64,000 bases of DNA from Squalus acanthias (Eukaryota), in contig CM059441.1 in assembly GCA_030390025.1 (NCBI GenBank), positions 20,708,001-20,772,000 of the forward strand, written 5' to 3'. The stretch's first letter is position 1. Every line of letters starts with the position of its first letter. Of this stretch, positions 24,309 to 37,467 are shown one piece after another. The translations under genes were made by a program, and so were the position numbers. The notes beneath the pieces are model-generated. The model did no database searches, was not told the origin of the DNA, and worked only from the letters and a program-made list of their open reading frames with translations.

Positions 24309-25334
24309 AAGAACATTGATTGGCTTGAGTCCTCTTTGACGAATAGTCCAGGGTCCAAATTCTCATATTACAGAACAATAATGGAAAGCCAGACACCCTT
24401 CTTACATTTAATATAAATAGTTACTGATGTAAGAAAACTACTAGGCACTTGGTCTAAGCGTTAAACAAAGCTTTAATCAACTGTTTTACAACATGGAGGT
24501 CTAGTTGTCCTTCTATAGTTCCTGTTAAGACTGTCCCGCGCAAGCTGGGCCCGTGCCCGAGTATTTATACTCTCCCTGGACAGCGCCACCAGCAGGCCTC
24601 CCAGTATTATTTCATAAGTCATTTCCACATGAATGACAAGATTCATGTCAGTTGCTCTACTCAAACTGTACATAATCTTGAAAATTATGAAGGGGTTTGA
24701 TAGGGTAGGACGTAGAGAATATGTTTCCACTTGTGGCCCATAAATGCAAGATAGTCATTAATAAATCCAGTAAAGTATTCAGGAGAAACTTCTTTACCCA
24801 GAGAATGGTTCGAATGTAGTGAATAGCATAGATGCATTTAAGGGAAGCTAGATTCTGTACATGAGGGAGAAAGGAATAGAAGGATTTGCTGATAAGGTGA
24901 GATGAAGTAGGGTGGAAGGAGCCTTGTGTGGAGCACAGCCACTGGCATAGACCAGTTGGGTCAAGTCTCCTGTTTCTGTGCTGTAAATTCTATATAATTC
25001 CATTACTGTGATTAATACTGAGATCAGGCCTGGGTTTCATGCTGGACCTTCCAAAGTCTCTAGGGAAGGTAAGGAGCAAAAGTAAGTGATCCCAAAGGGG
25101 ATCAATTGCCTCAAGATGCAGACCCTGGTTTCCCTGCTGGGAATGATTGAAAGTTTGTTCTTCTCTTTGGCCTGTTGAGGGCCTTGGGCTTCTTCAATCG
25201 GAGGTGCAAGGCGCCGCTCCAATTTTTCGCCGGTAATTGAAGGTGGGCACCTCCTTTTTGTCTCTACCGGTGCAGGCTGCCTGCCCCAAATATTATCCCT
25301 GGGACTTGGGATAGGATCATCACCCTGGAGAGGC

Positions 25335-25850
25335 ACAAGTCAGGAGTGTGACGGAATACGCTCCACTTACCTGGATGAGTGCAGCTCCAACAAAACTCAA
25401 GAAGCTCAACACCATCCAGGGCAAAGCAGCCCGCTTGATTGGCACCCCATCCACCACCTTAAACATTCACTCCCTCCACTACCGGCGCACTGTGGCTGCA
25501 GTGTGTACCATCTACAAGATGCACTGCAGCAACTCGCCAAGGCTTCTTCGGCAGCTCCTCCTAAACCCGCGACCTCTTCCACCTAGAAGGACAAGGGCAG
25601 CAGGCGCATGGGAACACCACCACATCCAAGTTCCCCTCCAAGTCACACACCATCCTGACTTAGGAATATATCGCTGATCCTTCATTGTCGATGGGTCAAA
25701 ATCCTGGAACTCCCTACCTAGCAGCACTGTGGGAGCACCTTCACCACACGGGCTGCAGCGGTTCAAGAAGGTGGCTCACCACCACCTTCTCAAGGGCAAT
25801 AAGGGATGGGCAATAAATGCTGGCCTTGCCAGCGACGCCCACATCCCATA
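25335..25850 (+). mobile_element. Second-family LINE 3' fragment
   Basis: Same motif and tail. Confidence 0.8.
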
Positions 25851-27184
25851 AAAGAACAAAAAAAAAGATTGAAATCCCACCCTCCTGCCTTTCTGGCACG
25901 GGAGCAAGAACCCAGCAATACTGGGCCCTAAATATGATACAGACGCATTACAAAAATTCATACTGAATTACATTTAGTACAAACTAACCTCAGCAGTGAA
26001 CATTGCGCCATTTCTAAATAATTTTGAAATCGAGGAGTTGAGGAATTGAGCGGGACCAAAAGCGGCAAGTAAGCCTGTTCCAGAAATAAGGTCAGCTGCC
26101 AATTTGTTTACCACAGCAGAGACGTCGCTTCTAATTACAGAAAGGCAAGCATTTTATTTTTTGATTAAGTACATATGTCAGCACTGGGGAAATGAAGCAC
26201 TTCTCCTCTTGCGGAACATGCCCGTGTCAAGCACTCCCAAATCAATACAAGATACAGAGTAAGGCGACTTCAGATCTGTCCCAACAGGATGTCTGAACAC
26301 CGGCCTTAAAAAAACATCGCTCTGGTGAACTGGGACACAAGTTTTACACATCCGCCTTTCTTATAATCTTTGAGTGCTACTCTACAGACAGTTTCATTAT
26401 TACGATTTTCATCGCTGTTCACCACTGGCGGCCGTGCCTTCAGCTGCCTGGGCCCTAAGCTCTAAAATTCCCTCCCTAAACCTCTCTGCCTCGCTCTCCT
26501 CCTTTAAGACTCTCCTTAAAACCTACCTCTTTGACCAAGCTTTTGGTCACTTTCCCTAATATCTCCTTAAGTGGCTTGGTGTCAAATTTTGCCTGATAGC
26601 GCTCTTGTGATTCGCCGTGGGACATTTTATTACGTTTAAGGCACTATATAAATGCAAGTTGTTGTTGCTGTTATTGTACTGAGCATACTGGGAACTTAAA
26701 TTAAGCAAACATTGTATCTTTATTTAAAAAAAAAGGGATGAGTCTGATCAAGGCTAGCCTAAAATCAATAACAGCTAAAATAATGAAAACTATTCTAAGG
26801 AGATGGTTAGAGGCAGTGTTGAGAAGTAATTTTAAAAGCAAATACAATTCTGGGACGCATTGCCAGAACAGTGGAATGCCATGCTCCAGAGGTCATGCTG
26901 AGGCCTTCTCATACACTCACTCTCAGGTTCCCCCATCTGATCACTATATAGTCCAGTGCATTGGCAGAAGTGCGTGCGCGTGGACATCCCAAATCCCATC
27001 GGTGGGGCCAATGCTCAGGGTGAACATCCAGGCATGTTGCAGCGCAATAGAAGCACGCACTGTAGGTTTTTCTATAGGTCGAAGATCCGCCACGGTCTTA
27101 TTGAATGGCAGAGCAGGCTAGAACGGATGAATGGCCCACTCCTGCTCCTATTTCTTACATAGGATATTTTTTTAAATTCGCTTT

Positions 27185-28510
27185 TATGGCATGTGGGCGT
27201 CACTGGTAGGGCCAGCATTTATTGTCCACCCCTAGTTGCCCTTGAGAAGGTGGTGGTGAGCAGCCTTCTTGAACCGCTGCAGCCCGTGTGGTGAAGGTAC
27301 TCCCACAGTGCTGTTAGGGAGGGAGTTCCAGGATTTTGACCCAGTGACGATGAAGGATCGGCGATATACTTCTAAGTCAGGATGGTGTGTGACTTGGAGG
27401 GGAACTTGGAGGTGGTGGTGTTCCCATGCGCCTGCTGCCCTTGACCTTCTAGGTGGGAGAGGTTGTGGGTTTGGGAGGTGTTACCAAAGAAGCCTTGGCG
27501 AGTTGCTACAATGCATCTTGTAGATGGTACACACTGCAGCCACGGTATGCCGGCGGTGCAGGGAGTGAATGTTTAAGGTGATGGATGGGGTGCCAATCAA
27601 GCAGGCTGCTCTGTCCTGGATGGTGATGAGCTTCTTGAGTATTGTTGGAGCTGCACTCATCCAGGCAAGTGGAGAGTATTCCATCACACTCCTGACTTGT
27701 GCCTTGTAGATGGTGGAAAGGATTTGGGGAGTCAGAAGGTGAGACACTCGCCGCAGAATACCTAGCCTCTGACCTGTTCTCATTGCCACAGTATTTATGT
27801 GGCTGGTCCAATTAAGTTTCTGGTCAATGGTAACTCCCAGGATGTTGATGGTGGGGGATTTGGCGATGTTAATGCCGTTGAATGTCAAGGGGGCTGTGGT
27901 TAGACTCTCGCTTGTTGGAGATAGTCATTGCCTGGCACTTCTCTGGCGTGAATGTTACCTGCCACTTATCAGCCCAAGCCTGAATGTCGTCCAGGTCTTG
28001 TTGCATGCAGGCATGGACTGCTTCATTATCTGAGGAGTTGTGAATGGCGCTGAACACTGTGCAGTCATCAGCGAACATCCCCATTCCTGACCTTATGTTG
28101 GAAGGAAAGTCATTGATGAAGCAGCTGAAGATGGTTGGGCCTAGGACACTGCCCTGAGGAACTCCTGCAGTGATGTCCTGGGGCTGTGATGATTGACCTT
28201 CAACCATCACAACCATCTTCCTTTGTGCTAGGTATGACTCCAGCCAGTGGAGAGTTTCCCCCCTGATTCACATTGACTTCAGTTTTACTAGGGCTTCTTG
28301 ATGCCACACTCGGTCAAATGCTGCCTTGATGTCAACGGCAGTCACTCTCACCTCACCTCTGGAATTCAGCTCCTTTGTCCATGTTTGGACCAAGGCTGTA
28401 ATGAGGTCGGGTGCCGAGTGGTCCTGGCGGAACCCAAACTGGGCATCAGTGAGCAGGTTATTGGTGAGTAAAAGTGCTGCTTGATAGCACTGTCGATGAC
28501 ACCTTGCTGA
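27185..28510 (-). mobile_element. Second-family LINE fragment including the RT core
   Basis: GVPQGSVLGP and FADD (27869-28216) plus the family tail. Confidence 0.85.
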
Positions 28511-28539
28511 TGATTTCCAGCATGTTTCTTTCTTTTCAG

Positions 28540-28995
28540 TGTCAGCTGTGGCTCAGTGGTTAGTACCATTGCCTCTGAGTCAGAAGGTTGTGGGTTTAAG
28601 TCCCAATCCAGGGACTCTCAGCACGTAAAGCTAGGCTGACACTCCCAGTGGAGTGCTGCACTGTCTGAGGTGCCGTCTTTCAGATAAGACGTTAAAACAA
28701 GGCCCCGTCTGCTCTCTCAGGTGGATGTAAAAGATCCCATGGCACTATTTCGAAGAAGAGCAGAGGAGTTATCCCCGGTGTGCTGGCCAATATTTATCCC
28801 TCAATCAACATCACTATAACAGATTGTCTGGTCATTATCACTTTGCTGTTTGTGGGAGCTTGCTGTGCACAAATTGGCTGCTGCATTTTCTACATTACAA
28901 CAGTGACTACACTTCTAAAGTACTTCATTGGCTGTAAAGCGCCTTGGGACGTCTGGTGATCGAGAAAGGTGCTATAGAAATACAAGTCTTTCTTT
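28540..28995 (+). mobile_element. Deu-domain SINE
   Basis: Full-length family copy. Confidence 0.8.
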
Positions 28996-29215
28996 TCATT
29001 TAAGACTATTTTAATGTAATTCTTCTGCATTATCAGTCAGTCAAATGTATAGGTTGTTTATTGTTCCTGAATATATATTTTAAGTCTGAAAATCCTTTTT
29101 AAATCTCTGATTAAGACCAAGAATGTTTAAACAGATAACAGCCACAAGGAACAGTTCATTTATCGGCATGCTTATACTGTACTTGAAGTAAAAGGTGATT
29201 AATTACTTAACTTAC

Positions 29216-29545
29216 CTTCAAGAACATTCAATTTGACAGGAGCCATTTCATCGTTGCCCAGCATTGCTATCCCACACCAATACCATCCTGCATCTTCGAG
29301 TGATAATTGTTTCATTGTTACAGAGAATATCCCACTGGTTTGGTTGTCCACAATGAGCGGTCTGTTGAATCGTTCCTGTTGTATTCTTTGAGTGCCAGCA
29401 ATCACAGTGCATGAGTTTCTCCGTGTTCCTTTACACCAGTACTTCTCAAAATACCTGTTACTTGGTGTGTTATATCGACAATGGACAGTGATGGATTCTC
29501 CTAATTTTCCAGTCACCTCCCCTGGTCCTATTATTCCGTGTGAAC
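29216..29545 (-). CDS. Gene A IgV exon 3 (membrane-proximal), CD300/pIgR-type V domain
   Basis: 330 nt, phase 1-1, cag acceptor and gtaagt donor. Motifs: B-strand Cys (VHCRY), KYWC-x7-C second disulfide, DAGWYWCG. Confidence 0.92.
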
Positions 29546-32094
29546 CTGTTAGAACAGGGAGCAATGGGTTGTGTCATGACCATGTATTCGAAGAAAGCAT
29601 GGATGAGGAAAAAGCCACTCAATCTAGCGAGCTTGATTCTTCCATTGACCATGTATAATTTGGACTATCACGGACAACTGAGTGATACCAAGAGCACTGC
29701 TTGTCAAGTCCCTTAATGATCATAAATCAGCACAGTGCAAATCCCTTGAAAGGCTTTACTGAAATGTTAGTGACACGAGTTTCGTTTGTAACTGGTCAGT
29801 TTTTCTAGATGTCTGTATGGATTTGTGTTCCACTTTAGTGTTCCGCACTAAACCTTCCTCCAATCTTATTACTATGGTTACATTCAGTCAGAAGTCCTCC
29901 TCCCATCCACATGAAGAATTGGAAGTTATACCTAAAAGGAAAGATTGAACAGGCTGGGGCACTTTTCTCTCGAAAAGAGAAGACTGAAGGGTGAGGTGAT
30001 AGAGGTCTTCAGGATTATGAAAGGGTTCAATAGGGTAGACGTAGAGAAGGTGTTTCCACTTGCGGCCAAGACCAGAACTAGGAGCCATAAATATAAAGTT
30101 AGTCATTAATAAATCTAATAAGGAATTCAGGAGAAACATCATTACCCAGAGAGTGGTCAGAATGTGGAACATCTACCACAAGGGGAAGTTGAGGTGTGTA
30201 GCATGGGTGCATTTAAGGGGAAGCTAGATAAACACATGAGGAAGAAAGGAATAGAAGGATATGTTGATGGGGTTAGATGAAGAGGGGTGGGAGGAGGCTC
30301 ATGTGGAACATAAACACTGGCATGGACCTGTTGGGCCAAATGGCCTGTTTCTGTGCTGTAAATACTTTGTAAGTAAAAATATTTAAAGAAACACATACCT
30401 TTCACCCACTATTCAACCCAATAGCTATGTTGATTTTGTGAACCTAAACAGTAATCATAAAGGCATACTTGATGATTCAGTGGGACCGATTTTCATTCCC
30501 CTGCCAGGTGGAAATAGGGCAGTAGCATGATTAAAATGACAGCACTTACTGCCCCATTCCCATCAACATCGAGATCTCTGTCATTTTTCCAGCGGCCTTG
30601 AAATGGATGGCCCGGGTGCCAGCCAGAAACACGGAAATCGGAGTCCTGTGACATCTATAGGACCCTGGTGCAACTTTACAGTATGAATGGGTGGCGCATG
30701 TGTCGCGTACCTCTGCCCATTGGTACTTGGTATTGAGTAGTCTAACCAGCAGTCCTTAAAGGGCCGCTGCAGCCCACTCAGACAAAGTATTAAAAGAAAG
30801 GGTTTTTACATTATTATTATCAGAAGAGGAGAAGCATTAAAGCACCTTCTGGCTCCACAAATATCGAACACCGCCCCCACCCCCCCCCCCCCCCCACCCC
30901 ATCATCCCCCTTGCCTCACCTTCTGCAGCCCTCCCCACTGCTTTAAATTACCTACAGCAGGCGCTGGGCTCCGCAATAGAGTTGTCAGATCTCTGACCCT
31001 TCCGATCAGCGAGCTGCTCCAAAAATGCGAGCAGTCGCTGAAAATGGATCGGGCCTTGGACCACTTCCACCGGGTAGGTGGTAGGGTCACTCTGCCCATC
31101 TCCTACCAGCCTCCCGCCCGCCCGAGGGAATCGTTCACTTGAAAATCGGTCACAAGAGAACTTAAACTTAAATCAATGGAGAGTAAATTGCTTCATTTAA
31201 AAGTGGTAATTTGCTGAGGATGGGGTGTTGGGTGGTGGTGGTGGTGGGGGGAGGGGGCAAGAAATATGGGGCAAAATGACTAAACACTTGGAGAAACAAG
31301 AGTTCACCAGAAACAAAAAAACAAAAGATGCTGGAAACACTCAGCAGGTCAGTCAGCATCTGTGGAGAGAAACAGACAAGTTAATGTTTTGAGTGTGAAC
31401 GCTTTTTCATAACTGAAAAATAACAGTTAGACCGGCATATTAATTCAATCAGAAAAAGGAAGGGGCGGGGGGGAGTATATATATACCTATAATAAATAAC
31501 AAAAACAATCAAACCCAGAGGAGTATGAGGAGCACAATGTAACAGATCAATCTCATTCAAGTAATGGATAGAAGCATTCAGACATTAAAGAAGCAAAGGG
31601 TGCCAGATGTGAACCAGATGTGGGCCGTGTGGGAGGAGGTGAATGGGCAGGTGCTCCATAGCCTGCGTTTTCACAGGAAGGCGCCAAGGGAAGTGCAGCT
31701 GGAATTAAGCCTCCCACTCACTTTGCTATTTACACACCCTTTGTCTCTTTAATGCCTTAATAATTCTATCCATTATTTGACGATTATTTGCTACATTATA
31801 CCGCACACGATTCCTTTGTTTGTTCGTTATGTACATTTTCCGCCCTCCTTTTTATAATTGCATCGACATGCTTGCCTGCCTCTCTGAAGCATGTTCCGCA
31901 CCTGAAAGATTGGGCCAGGATTTGCTGGGAAAGTAACGGCGACTTTAATGCGGAGGCCGTCATTAGTGTGAGCTCATTAATCATACATTAATGACCAAGA
32001 ATGTTTAAACAGATAACAGCCACAAGGAACAGTTCATTTATCGGCATGCTTATACTGTACTTGAAGTAAAATGGTGATTAATTACTTATCTTAC

Positions 32095-32424
32095 CTTCAA
32101 GAACATTCAATTTGACAGAAGCCATTTCATCGTTGCCCAGCATTGTTATCCCACACCAATACCATCCTGCATCTTCGAGTGATAATTGTTTCATTGTTAC
32201 AGAGAATATCCCACTGGTTTGGTTGTCCACAATGAGTGGTCTGTTGAATCGTTCCTGTTGTATTCTTTGAGTGCCAGCAATCACGGTGCATGAATATCTC
32301 CGTGTTCCTTTACACCAGTACTTCTCAGAATTCCTGTTACTTGGTGTGTTATATCGACAATGGACAGTGATGGATTCTCCTAATGTTCCATTCACCTCCC
32401 CTGGTCCTATTATTCCGTGTGAAC
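32095..32424 (-). CDS. Gene A IgV exon 2
   Basis: 330 nt, phase 1-1, cag acceptor and gtaaga donor. Same motifs, open frame. Confidence 0.9.
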
Positions 32425-34829
32425 CTGTTAGAACAGGGAGCAATGGGTTGTGTCGTGACCATGTATTCGAAGAAAGCATGGATGAGGAAAAAGCCACTCA
32501 ATCTAGCGAGCTTGATTCTTCCATTGACCATGTATAATTTGGACTATCACGGACAACTGAGTGATACCAAGAGCACTGCTTGTCAAGTCCCTTAATGATC
32601 ATAAATCAGCACAGTGCAAATCCCTTGAAAGGCTTTACTGAAATGTTAGTGACACGAGTTTCGTTTGTAACTGGTCAGTTTTTCTAGATGTCTGTATGGA
32701 TTTGTGTTCCACTTTAGTGTTCCGCACTAAACCTTCCTCCAATCTTATTACTATGGTTACATTCAGTCAGAAGTCCTCCTCCCATCCACATGAAGAATTG
32801 GAAGTTATACCTAAAAGGAAAGATAGAACAGGCTGGGGCACTTTTCTCTCGAAAAGAGAAGACTGAAGGGTGAGCTGATAGAGGTCTTCAGGATTATGAA
32901 AGGGTTCAATAGGGTAGACGTAGAGAAGGTGTTTCCACTTGCGGCCAAGACCAGAACTAGGAGCCATAAATATAAAGTTAGTCATTAATAAATCTAATAA
33001 GAAATTCAGGAGAAACATCATTACCCAGAGAGTGGTCAGAATGTGGAACATCTACCACAAGGGGAAGTTGAGGCGTGTAGCATAGGGGCATTTAAGGGGA
33101 AGCTAGATAAACACATGAGGAAGAAAGGAATAGAAGGATATGTTGATGGGGTTAGATGAAGAGGGGTGGGAGGAGGCTCATGTGGAACATAAACACTGGC
33201 ATGGACCTGTTGGGCCAAATGGCCTGTTTCTGTGCTGTAAATACTTTGTAAATAAAAATATTTAAAAAAAACACATACCTTTCACCCACTATTCAACCCA
33301 ATAGCTATGTTGATTTTGTGAACCTAAACAGTAATCATAAAGGCATACTTGATGATTCAGTGGGACCGATTTTCATTCCCCTGCCAGGTGGAAATAGGGC
33401 AGTAGCATGATTAAAATGACAGCACTTACTGCCCCATTCCCATCAACACCGAGATCTCTGTCATTTTTCCAGGGGCCTTGAAATGGATGGCCCGGGTGCC
33501 AGCCAGAAACACGGAAATCGGAGTCCTGTGACATCTATAGGACCCTGGTGCAACTTTACAGTACCAATGGGTGGCGCATGTGTCGCATACCTCTGCCCAT
33601 TGGTACTTGATATTGATTAGCCTAACCAGCAGTCCTTAAAGGGCCGCTGCAGCCCACTCAGACAAAGTATTAAAAGAAAGGGTTTTTACATTATTATTAT
33701 CGGAAGAGGAGGAGCATTAAAGCTCCTTCTGGCCCCACAAATATCAAACCCCCTTGCCTGACCTTCTGCAGCCCTCCTCACTCCTTTAAATCACCTACAC
33801 CGGGTAGGTGGCAGGGTCACTCTGCCCATCTCCTGCCCACCCGAGGGAATCGTTCACTTGAAAATCAGTCACAAGAGAACTTAAACTTAAATCAATGGAG
33901 AGTAAATCTTACAGATCTTACATATCATTGCTTCATTTAAAAGTGGTAATTTGCTGAGGATGGGGTGTTGGGTGGTGGTGGTGGGGGGGGGGGGGGTGAA
34001 GAAATATGGGGCAAGATGACTAAACACTTGGAGAAACAAGAGTTCACCAGAAACAAAAAAACAAAAGATGCTGGAAACACTCAGCAGGTCAGTCAGCATC
34101 TGTGGAGAGAAACAGACAAGTTAACGTTTTGAGTGTGAACGCTTCTTCATAACTGAAAAATAACAGTTAGACCGGCATATTAATTCAATCAGAAAAAGGA
34201 AAGGGGGGAGTATATATATACCTATAATAAATAACAAAAGCAATCAAACCCAGAGGAGTATGAGGAGCACAATGTAACAGATCAATCTCATTCAAGTAAT
34301 GGATAGAAGCATTCAGACATTAAAGAAGCAAAGGGTGCCAGATGTGAACCAGATGTGGGCCGTGTGGGAGGAGGTGAATGGGCAGGTGCTTCATAGCCTG
34401 CGTTTTCACAGGAAGGCGCCAAGGGAAGTGCAACTGGAATTAAGCCTCCTACTCACTTTGCTATTTACACACCCTTTGTCTCTTTAATGCCTTAATAATT
34501 CTATCCATTATTTGACGATTATTTGCTACATCATACCGCACACGATTCCTTTGTTTGTTCGTTATGTACATTTTCCACCCTCCTTTTTATAATTGCATCG
34601 ACATGCTTGCCTGCCTCTCTGAAGCATGTTCCGCACCTGAAAGATTGGGCCAGGATTTGCTGGGAAAGTAACGGCGACTTTAATGCGGAGGCCGTCATTA
34701 GTGTGAGCTCATTAATCATACATTAATGACCAAGCATGTTTAAACAGATAACAGTCACAAGGAACAGTTCATTTATCAGCATGCTTATACTGTACTTGAA
34801 GTAAAATGGTGATTAATTACTTATCTTAC

Positions 34830-35159
34830 CTTCAAGAACATTCAATTTGACAGAAGCCATTTCATCGTTGCCCAGCATTGTTATCCCACACCAATACCAT
34901 CCTGCATCTTCGAGTGATAATTGTTTCATTGTTACAGAGAATATCCCACTGGTTTGGTTGTCCACAATGAGTGGTCTGTTGAATCGTTCCTGTTGTATTC
35001 TTTGAGTGCCAGCAATCACGGTGCATGAATATCTCCGTGTTCCTTTACACCAGTACTTCTCAGAATTCCTGTTACTTGGTGTGCTATATCGACAATGGAC
35101 AGTGATGGAGTCTCCTAAAGTTGCAGTCACCTCCCCTGGTCCCATTATTCCGTGTGAAC
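34830..35159 (-). CDS. Gene A IgV exon 1 (N-terminal)
   Basis: 330 nt, phase 1-1, tag acceptor and gtaaga donor. Same motifs, open frame. Confidence 0.9.
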
Positions 35160-36041
35160 CTATTAGAACAGGGAGCAATGGGTTGTGTCGTGACCATGTA
35201 TTCGAAGAAAGCATGGATGAGGAAAAAGCCACTCAATCTAGCGAGCTTGATTCTTCCATTGACCATGTATAATTTGGACTATCACGGACAACTGAGTGAT
35301 ACCAAGAGCACTGCTTGTCAAGTCCCTTAATGATCATAAATCAGCACAGTGCAAATCCCTTGAAAGGCTTTACTGAAATGTTAGTGACACGAGTTTCGTT
35401 TGTAACTGGTCAGTTTTTCTAGATGTCTGTATGGATTTGTGTTCCACTTTAGTGTTCCGCACTAAACCTTCCTCCAATCTTATTACTATGGTTACATTCA
35501 GTCAGAAGTCCTCCTCCCATCCACATGAAGAATTGGAAGTTATACCTAAAAGGAAAGATAGAACAGGCTGGGGCTCTTTTCTCTCGAAAAGAGAAGACTG
35601 AAGGGTGAGCTGATAGAGGTCTTCAGGATTATGAAAGGGTTCAATAGGGTAGACGTAGAGAAGGTGTTTCCACTTGCGGCCAAGACCAGAACTAGGAGCC
35701 ATAAATATAAATTTAGTCATTAATAAATCTAATAAGAAATTCAGGAGAAACGTCATTACCCAGAGAGTGGTCAGAATGTGGAACATCTACCACAAGGGGA
35801 AGTTGAGGCGTGTAGCATAGGTGCATTTAAGGGGAAGCTAGATAAACACATGAGGAAGAAAGGAATAGAAGGATATGTTGATGGGGTTAGATGAAGAGGG
35901 GTGGGAGGAGGCTCATGTGGAACATAAACACTGGCATGGACCTGTTGGGCCAAATGGCCTGTTTCTGTGCTGTAAATACTTTGTAAGTAAAAATATAAAA
36001 AAAAACACATACCTTTCACCCACTATTCAACCCAATAGCTA

Positions 36042-37467
36042 AAGAACATAGAACATAGAACAGTACAGCACAGTACAGGCCCTTCGGCCCTCGATGTTGT
36101 GCCGAGCATTGTCCGAGACCAAGATCAAGCTATCACACTCCCCATCACTCTGGTGTGCTCCATGTGCTTATCCAATAACCGCTTGAAAGTTCCTAAAGTG
36201 TCTGACTCCACTATCACAGCAGGCAGTCCATTCCACACCCCAACGACTCTCTGAGTAAAGAATCTACCTCGGACATCCCTTCTATATCTCCCCCCATGCA
36301 CCTTATAGTTATGCCCCCTTGTAACAGCTGCCTCTACCCGAGGAAATAGTCTCTGAACATCCACTCTATCTATCCCCCTCATCATCTTATAAACCTCTAT
36401 TAAGTCGCCTCTCATCCTCCTCCGCTCTAAAGAGAAAAGCCCCAACTCCCTCAATCTTTCCTCATAAGACCTCCCCCCCAAACCAGGCAGCATCCTGGTA
36501 AATCTCCTTTGCACTCTTTCCAATGCTTCCACGTCCTTCCTATAGTGAGGTGACCAGAACTGCACACAATATTCCAAATGTGGTCTCACCAAGGTCCTGT
36601 ACAGTTGCAGCATAACCTCACGGTTCTTAAACTCAAAACCTCTGTTAATAAACGCCAACACACCATAGGCCTTCTTTACTGCTCTATTAATTTGAGTGGC
36701 AACCTTCAGAGATCTGTGGATATGAACCCCCAGATCCCTCTGCTCCTCCACGTTCCTCAGAACCCTGCCGTTGACCCTGTAATCCTTATTCAAATTTGCC
36801 CTACCAAAATGAATCACCTCGCACTTATCAGGGTTAAATTCCATCTGCCATTTTTCGGCCCAGCTCTGCATCCTATCAATGTCTCTTTGCAGCCTACAAC
36901 AGCCCTCCACCTCATCCACTGCTCCACCAATCTTGGTGTCATCAGCAAATTTACTGATCCACCCTTCAGTCCCCTCCTCCAAGTCATTGATAAAAATCAC
37001 AAACAGCAGAGGACCCAGCACCGACCCCTGTGGCACACCGCTGGTAACTGGTCTCCAGTCCGAAAATGTTCCATCCACCACCACCCTCTGCCTTCTATGA
37101 GATAGCCAGTTACTTATCCAATCGGCCAAATTTCCCTCTATCCCACAACTCCTTACTTTCTTCATGAGCCGACCATGGGGAACCTTATCAAACGCCTTAC
37201 TAAAATCCATGTATACGACATCAACTGCTCTACCTTCATCTACACACTTAGTTACCTCCTCAAAGAATTCAATCAAATTTGTTAGGCAAGACTTACCCTT
37301 CATGAATCCGTGTTGACTATCCCTGATTAAGTTGCCCCTTTCCAAATGGTCATAAATCCTATCCCTCAGGACCTTTTCCATTATCTTACCAACCACCGAA
37401 GTAAGACTAACCGGCCTATAATTACCAGGGTCATTCCTATTTCCTTTCTTGAAGAGAGGAACAACAA
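36042..37467 (-). mobile_element. Young 5'-truncated CR1 LINE with an uninterrupted 423-aa RT/C-terminal frame
   Basis: GVPQGSVLGP, FADD and YCVQFW motifs, and a (TTCTATG)n 3' tail. The empty site aatagctatgttg is visible in repeat units 1 and 2. Confidence 0.95.

Noticed and set aside
29216-35159. Three separate genes, or a rearranging Ig/TCR V cluster
   Set aside because: There are no leader, TM or promoter sequences inside the units and no heptamer-nonamer RSS. Each exon ends in a splice donor and includes its own G strand.
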